A stretch of 64,000 nt of DNA from Escherichia coli (GCF_050920415.1 NZ_CP169309.1), one strand, 5' to 3'. Positions 10,908 to 24,016 are shown, counted from the stretch's first letter. Notes: generated by a model from the sequence alone, not told the origin. A program made the numbers and translations.

Positions 10908-12295
10908 TAATCACCCCATAGTGAAGAAAAGTTACTGCTGGCTGCTGGCTGTGATACCTGTGCAGGTTGAGATTGCTGCCGCTGAGATTTACCAACATTA
11001 ACGTTATATTGTTGGTTGTAATTGTTGGTGTATTCCTGAATCTCACGAATCGACTGCTGCATAGCCTCCGGGCTTGAATAGTCAACCTGCGGCATCCCCT
11101 GAAAATACATCTTCGCTTCTGCAACGGTGTTAATACCACTGGCACCCATGTCCCTTGCTGCCGCCACACCCTGATTCTGCATTCTGCCCTGAATCCGTTG
11201 TGCTGAGTTATATAACTGGCGCTGCTCTTTTCCTGTTAATCTGCTGCGAACATCAGCACCAATTGCTGGATTACCTGCACCGCCTGTCATTCCTGTCATG
11301 AAATCGAGAGCAGAAGCGTCTGCATTTGCGATCGCGTCGATATCCTTCTTCATGGCATAGTTTTGTGCTGATGCAGACGATGTTGCAGGCGCAGCGATTG
11401 AACTGGCAGGGACACGAACCATATTCCCCTCGTTGTCGATGCCTTCGTAGAACGCATTAGCCCCAGCGCCATGAAGCTTCCCGCCTACCGTTACAGTTCT
11501 GCCATCTGATAACTGAACTGTACGCTCATCATTCCCAGCGATTCCTCTTGTTGACGCTCGCTGCATTGCCAAATCCTGACCTCGTCGCGCAGTAGAAGAA
11601 GATAAGTCCTGACCGCGCATCGTGATGTTCTGGCCTCGTGCTGTTAGCGCCTCGCCAGCCTGATTGCTGCGGATTGTCTCTGCAAGTTTTCCGCGATCAA
11701 TCTCACGACCAGCCATCTTGTCCTGAACATTGAAGTAATCAATTGGACCAAGAGCAGCCATCCCAAGGTGATCAACAAACTCACCAAATCCTGAAGGATT
11801 CTGCTGATACATCTGAGCAACGTTGTTAGGGTCAACACCTACGCGAGTCAGTTCCTTGGCGTTGTTTTGCAGCCATGATTGCATCGCTTCTGGAGACGAT
11901 GCCGCAAGGCGAGCGCCAGCCGCTAAGGTGCCGATAGAATTACGCTGGTCTTCATCAATGAATCCCATGCCTTTACGAACGGATTCAATCTGGTCTGGAT
12001 ATTGAGTAGCCAACTGACGCAAAGCACCGCGATCACCAGACGCATAAGCATTAGCGTATGCCTGCTGAAATTCTTTCTGCCGCTGAGCCTGCTTTTCCTG
12101 CTGAAACACCCCCGCAATACCTGAAAGGCCTTGCAAAGCAGTCAGCCCAACATTGTTAGCGCCTGAACGCTCAATATCATTGTTCTGCCTGATAAGCTGA
12201 AGCGTATTGCCGATGTCATTTACGCTCGGAGCGTTTGAGTTGACGCCGCCGATACCAGCCAACAATCCGCCGTTTGTTCCTTGCCAAGTAGCCAT
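10907..12295 (-). CDS. ejection (injection) protein, P22 gp20-like
   Basis: 462-aa [20 protein letters not shown]...; synteny 14-7-20-16. Confidence 0.7.
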   Translation of the reverse strand: MATWQGTNGGLLAGIGGVNSNAPSVNDIGNTLQLIRQNNDIERSGANNVGLTALQGLSGIAGVFQQEKQAQRQKEFQQAYANAYASGDRGALRQLATQYPDQIESVRKGMGFIDEDQRNSIGTLAAGARLAASSPEAMQSWLQNNAKELTRVGVDPNNVAQMYQQNPSGFGEFVDHLGMAALGPIDYFNVQDKMAGREIDRGKLAETIRSNQAGEALTARGQNITMRGQDLSSSTARRGQDLAMQRASTRGIAGNDERTVQLSDGRTVTVGGKLHGAGANAFYEGIDNEGNMVRVPASSIAAPATSSASAQNYAMKKDIDAIANADASALDFMTGMTGGAGNPAIGADVRSRLTGKEQRQLYNSAQRIQGRMQNQGVAAARDMGASGINTVAEAKMYFQGMPQVDYSSPEAMQQSIREIQEYTNNYNQQYNVNVGKSQRQQSQPAQVSQPAASSNFSSLWGD

Positions 12296-12304
12296 GATTA
12301 CCCC

Positions 12305-12838
12305 TTAAAACAACGAGCCAAGCAATCCGATACCAGCACCAATGCCAGCGCCCCAAGGCGTTGATGTTCCCAAAAGGCTGGCAAGACCTGCACCGGCAAT
12401 CGCACCAGACGTGCCACCGCTAATTGCAGTCTGAAGACTTGATGGTTTATTGGCATTAGCAGCGGCAAGTGCTGCGCTTTGCTGTGCAATGCTGCTCATG
12501 TTGTTGGCGTACGTCTGCCCGGCGTTTGCCTGACCTTGCAGCGCACCAAGCCCAACGTTTGCCAGATTGTTGTAATTGCTCATCTGGTTTGATAACCAAG
12601 ACTGACCGAGTGTAGGCGCGATTGTAGCCAGTTGATTGCTTGTGGCTGTCGAACCAAGTCCTCCCGTAGCCTCCGCAGCAGCAAGACTCTGGTAACGAGC
12701 CTGACCTGCAAGGTCTTTATACTGCTGAGAGTTGTAATACTGATTAAGTGCCTGCCCCTGACCTTCTAAACTGGAAAGGTTCTGAAGCTGGTTAACATAC
12801 TGCTCCGCAAGAGGCGTGAACGGAGCAAGGTTTTTCAT
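12305..12838 (-). CDS. ejection protein, P22 gp7-like (C-terminal 177 aa; see finding on split gene)
   Basis: ORF 12305..12865; ATG at 12836-12838 overlaps stop of upstream 53-aa ORF in ATGA arrangement. Confidence 0.55.
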   Translation of the reverse strand: MKNLAPFTPLAEQYVNQLQNLSSLEGQGQALNQYYNSQQYKDLAGQARYQSLAAAEATGGLGSTATSNQLATIAPTLGQSWLSNQMSNYNNLANVGLGALQGQANAGQTYANNMSSIAQQSAALAAANANKPSSLQTAISGGTSGAIAGAGLASLLGTSTPWGAGIGAGIGLLGSLF

Positions 12839-12996
12839 GATCGTCTGCCACTGCTGATTTTGCAATCTGCAGCATACTTCTGAGCTTCTGCTGCATACTT
12901 TGCGCTTTTATCAGAGCTGCCACCTTTCCCGCCTTTTTCAGGGCAATAAGGTTCCTCGCCGCGCAGTTTTCTGCCCAGCTTAAATGCATATAACAT
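12835..12996 (-). CDS. 53-aa ORF (MLYAFKLGRKLRGEEPYCPEKGGKGGSSDKSAKYAAEAQKYAAD...), possibly the N-terminal part of the gp7 homolog
   Basis: ATG at 12994-12996 with SD GGGAGA; not in ORF track (under 60 aa). Confidence 0.4.
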   Translation of the reverse strand: MLYAFKLGRKLRGEEPYCPEKGGKGGSSDKSAKYAAEAQKYAADCKISSGRRS

Positions 12997-12998
12997 GG

Positions 12999-13457
12999 CT
13001 ATCTCCCGTGATTCAGGAAGTCGATTAGTTCTTCGCGTGTGGCGCTGTAAAAAGTCACGTCATCCACGCCTTTGAAGTATTTCTTGATGGTTCCTACACG
13101 CTTAAGGCCAATCATTGCGCAGTACATCTGACCGTGGCGGAATTTGCGTGCGGCGAACGATGTGACACACTGGACGGTGGTGTTAGTCAGAATGTATCGC
13201 CAGAACGCCAGCCCAATTTCCTTGCTGAAGCCGCGAATCTCTGGCAGGTACATGGCGTGGCAATCGAATGTCAGCGGCTGAATCTCCTGATAGTAAACAA
13301 TGCCGCCGAACTGCCCGTGCACGTTCACCTCAAAGTAACGGCAATCAGGTTTGTAGTCGTATCCATCACCGTTGTTGCTCCCGGCAATAATGTCAGGGTG
13401 ATTTCCGACTGCTTCGATCAAGTCGATGTTTCGCGTTGGTTTGAACTGAATCATCAC
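12999..13457 (-). CDS. head assembly protein, P22 gp14-like
   Basis: 152-aa ORF; synteny between tail needle and gp7. Confidence 0.6.
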   Translation of the reverse strand: MMIQFKPTRNIDLIEAVGNHPDIIAGSNNGDGYDYKPDCRYFEVNVHGQFGGIVYYQEIQPLTFDCHAMYLPEIRGFSKEIGLAFWRYILTNTTVQCVTSFAARKFRHGQMYCAMIGLKRVGTIKKYFKGVDDVTFYSATREELIDFLNHGR

Positions 13458-14302
13458 TGCTCCGCAATGATTTTGATGGTTGTGGCAGTAAACGCCGCAC
13501 CATTTGACTGAATGGTTAACGTACTGCCATTTGTGGCAAGAAAGCCGTCTTTATCCACGCTGAAGAACGTAGCTAACAGGATGTTATCGGTTGTTGTCGC
13601 CGAGTTGCGACTGCTTACCAGTGTGTCAGGAACAGAGCCGGAAAAGCTTAGTTGCATTGACCTGTTGGCGGTTCCGCTGGGCCACGTCCCGACGATCGAC
13701 AGCTTGAAGAACAAGGTTTTGTTCTCGTTGAACACAACCATCTTGTTGTTAACGGTGTCGAAGAATGGTGTCAACGAGCCGGATGACGGCGTGAGCGTTT
13801 TCAGTAGGCTAACAAGGTTGGTCGGCGCTGTCGGAATGGTTACTGATACGCCAGAGTAAACAACCTCTGACTTCTTGCGCGTGGTTGCATAATCCAGAGC
13901 ATCAATGCGCGATTCATGATCTGAAACCTGCGATTCCAGCGACTGAACTCTGGTATCAAGCGACGCAATATCGCTTTCATTCTGAGCGATTCGCGTTTCA
14001 TGTTCCTGAAGAGTTGATTCTGCCTGGCTGATTCGCTCCTCATGATTAACAAGCGTTGCTTCCGCAGCAGAAATTCGCTGCTCATGGTCAGCGAGAATCA
14101 CATCCTGCTCATCGTTCCTGACCTGTGCATCATAAGCGCCCTGTCCGGCCTCGTTGGCCTTGTTAGCCACGTTACCAACATCAGTACCTTGCGCGATAAC
14201 GTACAGCAGATACGACTGCGAGAAGATATTGCGTGGAAGGACTGATGTATCGAGCCGCGTAGCCTGGATGATTACCGGCACATTGAGATTCGAATCCGCC
14301 AT
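13454..14302 (-). CDS. tail needle protein (P22 gp26-like N-terminus, extended C-terminal knob)
   Basis: [43 protein letters not shown]...[20 protein letters not shown] matches gp26 N-terminus; 282 aa vs 233 in P22. Confidence 0.8.
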   Translation of the reverse strand: MADSNLNVPVIIQATRLDTSVLPRNIFSQSYLLYVIAQGTDVGNVANKANEAGQGAYDAQVRNDEQDVILADHEQRISAAEATLVNHEERISQAESTLQEHETRIAQNESDIASLDTRVQSLESQVSDHESRIDALDYATTRKKSEVVYSGVSVTIPTAPTNLVSLLKTLTPSSGSLTPFFDTVNNKMVVFNENKTLFFKLSIVGTWPSGTANRSMQLSFSGSVPDTLVSSRNSATTTDNILLATFFSVDKDGFLATNGSTLTIQSNGAAFTATTIKIIAEQ

Positions 14303-15720
14303 TACTCAATCCTTATCTGAGCGCCAGACAGAGTTACAGGTGACTTCGTGATAACGCGCAATTTGAAGCCGACATTTTTCCTGATGCGCCCGACACGCTT
14401 CCACAAAACGCGTTTGTCGTAAACGAACGGTTCATTCTGCTCAATCATCTGCTCACGACCGTAATTTATGCCGTCAGTGGTTGCAGAGAGGAACAGGCGG
14501 TCGGCGTACTGCGCAACGCCAGTTGAAGATTCAACTTCAAGGTCGAAAACTCTGGCGTTATCTGCTTTGAACAAAGGAGTAAACAGCAGGTGTTCCTGTT
14601 GCTTGTCGTACTGACTGCTGATATCGAACTGCAATTTCCCGGTCACGGATTCCAGCTTATCGCCGCACGTTATCTGATTGCCTTCGTAAATGAAGTCGAT
14701 AGCGCGGTACACATCGTCATACAGGCCTGTTTTCAGCACACACCATTGCGGACCATTGGCGCTTGAAGATGCGTCGTACACCAGAACATGGCGCGGAAGA
14801 TGGATAATCAGCAGCTCATGCGCATCAAATCGCAGAGACTCCATCACACCATCAGCCAGTTCATCAGCAGTGTAGGAGCGGAGAATTTTCTCAATGCTCG
14901 CGCTGGCGATTGGTGACACCTGACCGGAGCCAATGATATACACAGACGGCGCACCTGTTGCCGGATTGCTGATAAACGCATAAGAATCAGCGAATGGCGT
15001 TTTGCAGTAAGTCCCGGCAATGCCTTTCTGCACCATCAGCGATGGCTGGGCGACATACAAAGCAGAACCAACGGTGGTTGCACCAGTCAGGGAAAAATAC
15101 TCAATCGTCGAAGAACCAAAGCAGACGATGAAGTCTCGCCATGTCCCGATACCGATGATGCCGTCCGGCTGCGATTCTGCGCGATATTGTGCACTGTATC
15201 GGTCAGGGTGCGATTCGTCTTCAGGGTCAGTGATAAACCATGAATCAGTTCCGTCTTTTGACCACGCATAACGCCCACGTAAGCGCGTAATGTCGCGAAC
15301 TGAACCTAACTCGTACTGTGTGAATCCGCTGTCTGTAGGCCAGTTTGAGACGGTTTTAACCGTGCCATCATAGCGATACTCGACCAGTTGACCATTAACG
15401 CCTATCGCCTGTGATGTCCGACCATGCGCCATTGATACACGACCACTTCCGTCAACGTCACCGACTTCACTTTCTCCTTTGTACAGCTTGCCACCGCAAA
15501 CGCGATAAACAGCATTCTGCGCCATGTTGTACTCGACACCGCGCGATACACCATTCACATCAGAGCGTTTGGCAATGCCCGGGAATGAGCGAAGATATCC
15601 GCTGCTGTTGAGGATTTCTTTGGGTGTAGCCAACATATTCACTGGCAGATAGTCGATATAGTCGGCGTTTCGGAAATCTTTGCCGACACCTTTCATGAGC
15701 GGAAGTTGCTGAATCGGCAT
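14302..15720 (-). CDS. head completion / DNA stabilization protein, P22 gp10-like
   Basis: 472-aa ORF; synteny after gp4. Confidence 0.75.
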   Translation of the reverse strand: MPIQQLPLMKGVGKDFRNADYIDYLPVNMLATPKEILNSSGYLRSFPGIAKRSDVNGVSRGVEYNMAQNAVYRVCGGKLYKGESEVGDVDGSGRVSMAHGRTSQAIGVNGQLVEYRYDGTVKTVSNWPTDSGFTQYELGSVRDITRLRGRYAWSKDGTDSWFITDPEDESHPDRYSAQYRAESQPDGIIGIGTWRDFIVCFGSSTIEYFSLTGATTVGSALYVAQPSLMVQKGIAGTYCKTPFADSYAFISNPATGAPSVYIIGSGQVSPIASASIEKILRSYTADELADGVMESLRFDAHELLIIHLPRHVLVYDASSSANGPQWCVLKTGLYDDVYRAIDFIYEGNQITCGDKLESVTGKLQFDISSQYDKQQEHLLFTPLFKADNARVFDLEVESSTGVAQYADRLFLSATTDGINYGREQMIEQNEPFVYDKRVLWKRVGRIRKNVGFKLRVITKSPVTLSGAQIRIE

Positions 15721-16197
15721 TATTCGCTCCCGTTATCGCAAGGTTCCTTTCGGTGGAAGTAATTCCAACCGTTCCACTTCGCCAACTGGTTACCGCTACC
15801 AACAGGCATACGGTTTGGATAACCGGACTTACATTTAGCGGCTTTTGCTCTGTCCATTGCAGACAGTTTGACGAGTCGCTCTTTCCCGTATCTGGCAGTG
15901 GTTATAAGTTTTGCAGGCGCTTCCAGCGCATAATCCGGTGCAATGCGGCAGGCAAGGTTGAAAATGACAGCATTGATAGCGTTATTTGATAAACCGTGCT
16001 CATCGCCCGGATCTGGAGCGACATCTGCATCAGCGAAAATGTAGCCAACGTTGATACCAGGTGACACATCACCGCCAAGCCATTCAGCCATCATCATTTC
16101 AAGGTCGTTGACGCCGTCTTCCATAGACTGCGGTTCGACATCGGTTAACGTGGCATTTGATGCCACACCGAGCTTACGTAATGCCGCAAGAACTAAA

Positions 16198-16220
<23 letters not shown>
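15720..16220 (-). CDS. head completion protein, P22 gp4-like
   Basis: ORF 15720..16316; from ATG 16220 reads [47 protein letters not shown]... resembling gp4 (166 aa). Confidence 0.8.
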
Positions 16221-16458
<238 letters not shown>

Positions 16459-16502
16459 GCTTGTCTCCAGATAAAAAAGGGAGCCGAAGCTCCCTCTGGT
16501 TA

Positions 16503-17798
16503 TCACGCAGTCTGGTTAGGCAGACCAACACCAATTGCCTCTGGTCGTACAGCACATGCTGAATACCACACAGCAATACGGCACTTGCCAGACAGAGTGT
16601 TGATATCACCCTGCGTTGCGAAGATGCCGTTAACACCAATACCTGGAATGCTGAAGGAAGAAGTTTTCATGCCAGCAAACAGTTCATGGGTTACCGGAAT
16701 CGGCTGAGACAGCAGGCGGATTGAGTCATCAGCCCAGAACACGTTAGCGGTGGTTGTTGCCACGTTCAGAACGTTTACCGGAGTGGCATCAGCAAGAGAG
16801 GTGTTTACGTTAGCGTAAGCCTTCTCTTCTTTTGTCAGTGACGAGTCATCCAGCGCAATCGGCTTCGGCGTGATTTCGATGTGAGTACTATGAATCACTC
16901 GGGTGATTGAGAAAGTAGCATCATCAGTCAGCACGTTCTTCGCCATCTGAGATAGGAATTTCACACCAGTGAAGCTGATTTTGTCGCCGCGCTTAAATCC
17001 GGTGGTGGAGGATACGGTCACCGTTGCAACACGGTTGTCGACGTTCTCTTTGTTACCATCGGTATCAAGGGTGTATGCCTGCGGCTTAAACTTCTGCGCA
17101 CCAGAAACAGTTACACCAGTAGCGGTTGACTTGGTAACTGCCGGAAGTTTCGGTGAGCGAAGAATTTCATCAAAGCCAGCAATCTGACGCTGAATAGTAC
17201 CGTTACGATACGCTTCTTCAGGAACGCGCCCAAAGATGTCACCATCTACCAGGTTGCGGCCTGCTTTGCGGTAATCGTCAGGGTTCAGGAAGTAACTGAT
17301 GCCCATATCGCGGTTTAGCTCACGGGAGAACATCAGGCGCTCTGCATCAGACACAAAATCCCAGCCAGACAGGCCAGTAGATGGACCAATTGCGCGGGTA
17401 TCGTGAACAACAAGTGAGCCCATTTCGGTTGCCTGTTTGGCAATTGCTGACTCAATGTTATTCGCCAGTTTTTTGGCGGATGCCTGGATGCGGCGACGGT
17501 AAGAACGCTCATCACGCAGGTCATCTGCACGAAGCTCGAAGAAATCGTTATCCGGATTGCCCATGTTGCATTTCACGGAGAGTTCCAGAATCCCGGTTGC
17601 GTTGCCAGTTAAATCCCAGCCTGTCTGAGTTGGCGCTTCCTGCTCAACAGGCATCCACACGGTGTTGCTTGAACGTTGCATGGATTCTGCCGGAGGGGTG
17701 TATTTTGTCACTTTGGACGCCATTGGCGTCAGGTTCTGGACGGTTTCGATGATTTCATCCAGAGCATATGTGACCAGTTGACCTTCATTTAATGCCAT
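16503..17798 (-). CDS. major coat protein, P22 gp5-like
   Basis: 431-aa [32 protein letters not shown]...[10 protein letters not shown]...GVGLPNQTA closely resembling P22 coat. Confidence 0.9.
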   Translation of the reverse strand: MALNEGQLVTYALDEIIETVQNLTPMASKVTKYTPPAESMQRSSNTVWMPVEQEAPTQTGWDLTGNATGILELSVKCNMGNPDNDFFELRADDLRDERSYRRRIQASAKKLANNIESAIAKQATEMGSLVVHDTRAIGPSTGLSGWDFVSDAERLMFSRELNRDMGISYFLNPDDYRKAGRNLVDGDIFGRVPEEAYRNGTIQRQIAGFDEILRSPKLPAVTKSTATGVTVSGAQKFKPQAYTLDTDGNKENVDNRVATVTVSSTTGFKRGDKISFTGVKFLSQMAKNVLTDDATFSITRVIHSTHIEITPKPIALDDSSLTKEEKAYANVNTSLADATPVNVLNVATTTANVFWADDSIRLLSQPIPVTHELFAGMKTSSFSIPGIGVNGIFATQGDINTLSGKCRIAVWYSACAVRPEAIGVGLPNQTA

Positions 17799-18709
17799 TA
17801 TCGAATTCCTTTATTCAGTTGCGCCTTAAGCTTGCGGTACGTCTCTACATCACCTTTGTTTGCTGCCGCTTCCATCTGCTTTTCAATCGCAGAGATATTT
17901 GCAGCAACAGCGTGTCCCTGAATGGGTTCATCAGGTAACGGGGCTTCTGAAACAGACTTGGCTCGAGGCTTGAGAGTTAAACGTTCTGACAGTCGAGTGA
18001 GTTCAATCAGCGCGGATTGCCCGTCCATCGCCAGTAACTGGCGTGTTTTCTCAGGATTAGCACCAAGGTGATACATGAGAGCAGCGGATTTCTCCGGGAA
18101 GAGGCGCATGATGTCGGCACCGACTGCTGGCGGCACCAGTTGCATGAATGCATCCTCTTTCTCCTGATAGTCAGGGATATTGAGCTTTTCCGCTGCGTCG
18201 TAGTGCTTACGGGCTGCCTCGACGTATTGCGCTGATTGCTGGGTGAACTCCTGAGTTTTGCGACCCTGCTCGGCGACAGCCTGGCTTCGTGCGTCCATGG
18301 CCTTGATCTGCCATTCACTGTTTGCCTGCTGGAAGGCAGCCAGTGCGCGGCTCTGGTCATAGTCGTACTTAGCCAGTGCATCTTCGGAAAGATAATCGTT
18401 AGGGTCTGGTTGTTTTGGTAACTCAGGGTTCACCCGCAGGTGCTCCGGCAACTCTCCACGCTTAACCGCTTCCATCTGCTGCTCAAGCTCACGCTGGCGT
18501 TTGCGTTCGATGCGGCGACGGGCAAATTCAGCATTAGTTGCCGGGTCTTGTTTTGGTTTCTCATCGTCTTTCAGGACAATCTCAAAGCCTTCTTCCTGAC
18601 CTGCGCTGTCGTTGGCATTATCGACAACTAAGCCATCAGCAGATGCCGCTGCATGATTGCCGGGCAGGGTTAATTCTTCAGAAGCCTGAATGTCGGTGGT
18701 TTGGTCCAT
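17798..18709 (-). CDS. scaffolding protein, P22 gp8-like
   Basis: 303-aa acidic/helical ORF between portal and coat. Confidence 0.8.
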   Translation of the reverse strand: MDQTTDIQASEELTLPGNHAAASADGLVVDNANDSAGQEEGFEIVLKDDEKPKQDPATNAEFARRRIERKRQRELEQQMEAVKRGELPEHLRVNPELPKQPDPNDYLSEDALAKYDYDQSRALAAFQQANSEWQIKAMDARSQAVAEQGRKTQEFTQQSAQYVEAARKHYDAAEKLNIPDYQEKEDAFMQLVPPAVGADIMRLFPEKSAALMYHLGANPEKTRQLLAMDGQSALIELTRLSERLTLKPRAKSVSEAPLPDEPIQGHAVAANISAIEKQMEAAANKGDVETYRKLKAQLNKGIR

Positions 18710-18722
18710 GGTTAACTCTCTC

Positions 18723-20889
18723 TTATTGAGGTGTCTCGGCTACTCCGCCGGAGGGGATTTGAACTTGACGCATAAGATTCGCGAAATCCATGCGTTGTGA
18801 ATGAGTCTGGTCTGCATCTTTAAGAAGCAGCTCAGCGTTAGCACGAGCATCTTTGCTGCGCTGTTGCTGGAATTGACCTACGAGCTTGAGGTACTCACGC
18901 AGTTCTGCCTGCTTGTCGAGGTCCATATTGTTGAAGATTTCTGCAATCTTCGCGGCGTTGAGTTGGTTTTGGGCTTCAACCTTGGCGGCTTCAACCTGAA
19001 TCTGCGCCTGTTGGTTCTCTGCCTTGATCAATTCAGCCTGACCTTGCAGAAGGATACCCTGCGCCTGAATTTGCTCTGCTGATGGCTGCTGCGGCTGCTG
19101 TTGCGCCTGTTGCACCATCTCCATCTCTTCAGGTGTTTCTGGTTTCTTCAGCCACATCATCACCAGTTGCTTGTTCGCGTACTCTCGCATCATCTCGAAC
19201 GCCTTTACCGTCAAGCAGCGTGAAGTATTGCAACATCAGCATCTGGAACTCTGGAGTACCTTGCGGAACCTTGGTGAGTAACTCCTGAATCTCTGCGCGG
19301 TTCTGTTCCTTCATACTCTGGAAGGATGGTCCAACGTCGGTATAGCACTCATAGCGACCGCGAATGTCGTTGAGTGTGACCACATTACCGGACTGGTAAT
19401 CTACAACTTGCGCGTAGAGTTGAACGTCTTTCTCGCTACCATCTTCAAGTGTCAGCGTTACATGACGAGGAACGTCATAAATATCATTGACCATTGAAGC
19501 ATAAATCTCGCCATCACGTCGCATTGCGGTAGCAAGGTTATCCTGAAACACGTATGTCTCAAGGTCTGCCCGCATGTTCAGTTGATTGACGGTATCGAAA
19601 GCGACCTGAGAGTTTGCTGCCTGCGCATCCACACCAAGACTAGCCACCTCTTTCACTGCGTTGGTGGCAGCCTCAAGCATGTAAGCGTTGGCTTGCGGCA
19701 CTTCAGGGTTTTCCATGTAGGAGATTGGACCAATCGGCAGGTCGTTGCCGTTTTCATCGGTCCTGTTCTGCAGATAGTACGGATAGTCATCATTTCCACC
19801 GTACATGTATTCGTAGCCTTCGATTTGCTCAGGGAAGAAGGTCGGTTTCTTCTTCGGTGAACGAGCAACAATATCGGCGTTGAATGACATGATCATGTTA
19901 CGAAGGCGTTGACCGTCTTTCGTCAGCCTTACCACTCCTTCGTAGCACTCCTTGTCACCAGCGAATGACCATTCGCCATATACTGGAACGATTGGAATAT
20001 GCTCTCCGGCTATCTTCTCGCGGTCTTTCAGTATCTGCGTGCAGGTGACGATCGACTTATACACACGCCGACGCTTCACCTTGCGCTCTGCTACCTTAAT
20101 GAATCCACGATTAGCCAGGTCGTCGATGACGTCTTTGATATCCTGCTGGTAATAGCTGACCGGCTCACCTGTCAGCGGGTCGCGGTAGATGAAGACTTTC
20201 TCTTTCTTCTCTTCGACCTCGTAATACTCAGCGACGTAGACGACATCATTCGATACCCACGGAAACAGCCATGTATCGTTTGGATTCTGGAAAGATGGCA
20301 GCGTGTCCGGATCAATACCGTAATCCTCTGCGAACTCTTTCCAGCCATTGCGCGACAAGGCGTTAATCACCGTGCAGTGCTTAGCGTCGCTCTTATCCAT
20401 CTGCTTGCTGTTGGCGTCCCATATGACGTGTGAGCAGGCTTCATGGATTGGCAGGCGTCGGATTACCTGATTGTTGCTTGTTGGATCGTTGTCTTCGTAC
20501 TGCGTGACCAGACGCCATGCACCAACGCCTGACTCTATCTGCTCACGAACGCCAACGTTAACGGCAATTTTTGCCGTATTATGGCGCATATCAGTACGAT
20601 ACATCCCCATCAGCACATCGGCAGCATCAGGATTAGCGCCGTCTTTTGGTCTGAAGAGAACATCGATAGGGTTCCGGCGCATCTCTGCGACCAGCTTCCT
20701 GACCACCGGGCGAACAACATCGAATTGTCCGCGATATTGCAGGGTGGTGTAGTTTGATAGCCAGTCATCCCATTGCGACACTCGGCTAAAATACAGGTCA
20801 TTTGTCGCCTCGGTTCTGGCTTCATCGCTCGCCATCCAGTCTGCGTCAAACTTACACAGAATGGAATTGAGTCTGTTTTCGTCGGCCAT
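18723..20889 (-). pseudogene. portal protein gene (P22 gp1-like) split by a +1 frameshift near 19197
   Basis: ORFs 19129..20889 (586 aa) and 18723..19214 (163 aa) overlap by 86 nt in different frames; junction GKGV|[10 protein letters not shown] is restored by removing one nt; span 2167 nt = 3n+1. Confidence 0.7.
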
Positions 20890-22387
20890 TTAAGTTCTCC
20901 GTGCGATGGGCCTGATTGGGGCTGGTATCTTTTTCTCTTTTGGCTTTTTGATGTCGCGCATCATTTTTGCGAAGCGGCGCATCATGTATGCATAGCGAAC
21001 GGCGGATAGCACGTCGTCGTTAAGCTTGACGATTTTCCCGTTTTCATCACGGTGATAGAGGCGGAACTCCTCAAAGAATGGCTCACAGGTGTTGAATACT
21101 TTGAAGCGACCGTCGAGCATCATGTCTCGCAATTCAGTGATGCCAGGCTCAACAGCGTTACCGCCATCAGGCCATGTCGCATGCTCCTGCAACATCATAA
21201 ATCCAGCGTCCGCATACTGCCCTTTGAGCTGCTCACCGCCGCCCTTCTCGTGCTGGTTTCCGTCATGAGGCCATGCGGTTGGCACTTTATGCGCCCATGG
21301 TTTAACAGCTCCCCACGCCTGAACGGCTGTCTTTTCTTTCGCCTTCCAAACGCGTGAAAGGTAGATTATGTCTGCGTCCTTATCCCACCAAAGCTGAACC
21401 TGCGCCTGCGGGTGATCCCATCCGAAATCCATACCGCCAATTACGTAGAAGTGATCAGGACACTCGAACGCTGACACTTAATCGTCTCTTCCGGTATCTG
21501 GAAGATTCGACCACTACCCATCGTAGGAATACCGCGAGCACGCGCCTCTCTCTCATGCTCAGGATAGGATGCGATGATTTGCTCTTTCTGCTCGTCGGTG
21601 TAGTGCTCAGCGTCATAGATGGTCATGTTGACCACTTTCTGAGACTTGCTGGGATTCTTCAGGAACTTGGTAACAACGTCAGACATCCCCATCAGCGGGG
21701 TAAACGTCAGAATTGAGAATTGCCCGTATTTGTTGGTACGGGTAAGACCTTCGCCATAAATGCTGTATGGTGGCTCTTCGTCAAACCACACGCCGTGGAT
21801 TGTGTCACCCTGCCAGCGAGCACGGCCTTGCGAGTATGGTTTGAAGTAGCAGATTGAAATGCCATCTTCAACGCCATCAGCCGTGTGATGCTTAACCAGA
21901 AGATGATCAACAAGGTTCGGAAAGAAAGGAGACTTCTTCCAGCTAATGATGTCTTCTTTCGGTATGGAACGTAGCCTGGCTCACCATTCTCTTCGATACG
22001 ACCGCACAGGATGCGTTGAGTCGTTTTGGTTACAGTCTCGTTTGTCTCTCCACCAATCCAGAAGACAACAGGCTCATAGAAACGCTTACCTTTCCACTCA
22101 CCGCCATATTTACCATCAGCAGGATAGCCTTTTGTGCCCGGATAACGACCGGTAAGGTGAAACGCGACTTCAGCAGCACCAGTAAATGACTTACCAAGCT
22201 GGTTACCAGCCATAAAACATCGCTCTGGATAGTCATGCCCGGCGTCGATGAACTCACGCTGCTTGCTGTATGGCGTAAATTCATATAGCAGGTGTGTGTT
22301 CCGGTAGTTCTCTTCTTCTTCGAGTAGCTCGAGCAACTCGATTTGCTCTTCGTCGCTCAGGTTATCAAGAATCGCGTCCAGTTCCAC
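20890..22387 (-). pseudogene. terminase large subunit gene (P22 gp2-like) split by two -1 frameshifts (near 21957 and 21478)
   Basis: Three consecutive ORF fragments (21707..22387, 21441..21791, 20890..21477) in three frames; span 1498 nt = 3n-2; WFDEEPP motif in middle fragment. Confidence 0.7.
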
Positions 22388-22853
22388 GGTTGAATAGCTC
22401 CTTGATACGAGAGCGCCGCTTATCGCGATCTCCCTTATCAGGTGTCACGTCTTCAACTTGCGACTGCTCTTTGAGGCCCAAATCACGGGCGATGATGTTA
22501 GCGTTGAGAAGGTCAGCGGCTGCGCCAGAGAATTTCTGGTCGTAGATGACCTGTTCTGCTCGCGTAACGACTTCAGATAAATCTTCTCGCAGGCGATATG
22601 TGCGCCATGTTTCAAGCGTCACATCAATGAACAGAGTGAGGCCGGTAATGGTCATCGCTCGCATCTTGGCGATAGGCTCTTGTATTACTTCACCCTGATA
22701 CGAGAACGCCTTCATCTCCCATAGCGGGTTAGCTTCCACCCACTCGAAGTATTCACAACAAGCAGCCCACAGCGCCTCAGGCGATTCGAATTTAGGATTT
22801 CGCCCATGACTACTGCGGGCCTCCCAAAATCGGTTGCCCTTTGGTGCTGCCAT
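22365..22853 (-). CDS. terminase small subunit, P22 gp3-like
   Basis: 162-aa [49 protein letters not shown]... Confidence 0.85.
   Translation of the reverse strand: MAAPKGNRFWEARSSHGRNPKFESPEALWAACCEYFEWVEANPLWEMKAFSYQGEVIQEPIAKMRAMTITGLTLFIDVTLETWRTYRLREDLSEVVTRAEQVIYDQKFSGAAADLLNANIIARDLGLKEQSQVEDVTPDKGDRDKRRSRIKELFNRGTGRDS
22565..22586 (-). promoter_or_regulatory. pac site (headful packaging initiation) inside small terminase gene
   Basis: Minus strand reads GAAGATTTATCTGAAGTCGTTA, matching the P22 pac sequence as recalled. Confidence 0.55.
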
Positions 22854-22932
22854 ATTGATTATTTCCCTTCTGCTTGCTTATCCCATTCATCGCGGAATTT
22901 GGATGGGTTGTCGAAACCTTGAGTTGCCATGT

Positions 22933-23175
22933 TTATGCTCCGGTAGTGAACAGGTCTAACGCTTCCTTCGATTTACGCACCGCTTCGATAGTGCGAGATG
23001 TGAAGTCTGGATTTGCACCGCCATCGTTGTAGTGCAACTTGAACAATTCCAGTTTCAGTTGGTCAGCACCAATGAATGCAAAAGCTTCCTCTGCCGCTGA
23101 ATTGTTCTTAGATAGCAGTCGGTAAATTTCTAACTTGAACTTCTGTTCTTCAGTCATGGGAATAATCTCTGCCAT
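22933..23175 (-). CDS. hypothetical 80-aa protein upstream of terminase
   Basis: ORF-track entry; no recognisable motif. Confidence 0.4.
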   Translation of the reverse strand: MAEIIPMTEEQKFKLEIYRLLSKNNSAAEEAFAFIGADQLKLELFKLHYNDGGANPDFTSRTIEAVRKSKEALDLFTTGA

Positions 23176-23713
23176 TGTTGGCTCCGTTTATCCGTTAAAA
23201 GGGATATCAGTTAAGTTATCCCGTGTAGGGTATAAGCCATTATCAAAGCCACTATGTAGGGAATGGCTTTTGTGATGGCAATAAAAAAGGCCGCCTGAGC
23301 GACCTGTTAGTTGTTCACAACTTCCATTGAAGGTCCAGCATGTCGAAAAATGATCCGCATTTAGGGGGATTTTCCATTCTTGCCCTCTCTTCAGCAGCTT
23401 TGTAATAAGCCATTGGCCTTTTCACACCATCAGCACCAGTGATGTATTCAACGCCTTCCTTCGGATCTTGTTCACGGAAACCATCGCAACCTATTCCACT
23501 TGTTTATCATCGATTCAGTGGATGTCTTTCCATCAGTCCGCCACCACAAAGAATCTTTTTTGCCATAAGGCAGGAGGTTCATCTTTCAGTGGCTGCCAGT
23601 GTTATTTCCCCACTTACTGGCTTGGGTTGTTTCGCTGTACTGCCGTTAACTGGTGGCCCAGAATAAATTCCGGTTTCATTATCAAGCCCACCCATTGATG
23701 GGCTTTGTAATGA

Positions 23714-24016
23714 CTACAGTAACGAACTGCACAATGCGCCTGTATTTCGAGGATGACGCCCAAATACGTTAATCTTCTCGCGAACGCTCTCACTACACAT
23801 TCGCTCTACAATTCGCCAAACAGCCTTTTCAGGTAAAAATTTCGGCGCTAGTGCTGAAATAGCACGCCACATACCCCGACTAAGCGAGCATGCTGTGCTA
23901 CCGAAACTAAAGATGGCGAACGAAATAGACGTGATAAACGCCCAGCACCCAGAGAGAAAAGTTGAGATGCGGTGATAAAGCTTAGTCATGTATTGCTCCT
24001 GTTTTTTGGTTTTCAT
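23714..24016 (-). CDS. hypothetical protein downstream of spanin genes
   Basis: 100-aa ORF-track entry with hydrophobic N-terminal segment; start uncertain. Confidence 0.3.
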   Translation of the reverse strand: MKTKKQEQYMTKLYHRISTFLSGCWAFITSISFAIFSFGSTACSLSRGMWRAISALAPKFLPEKAVWRIVERMCSESVREKINVFGRHPRNTGALCSSLL

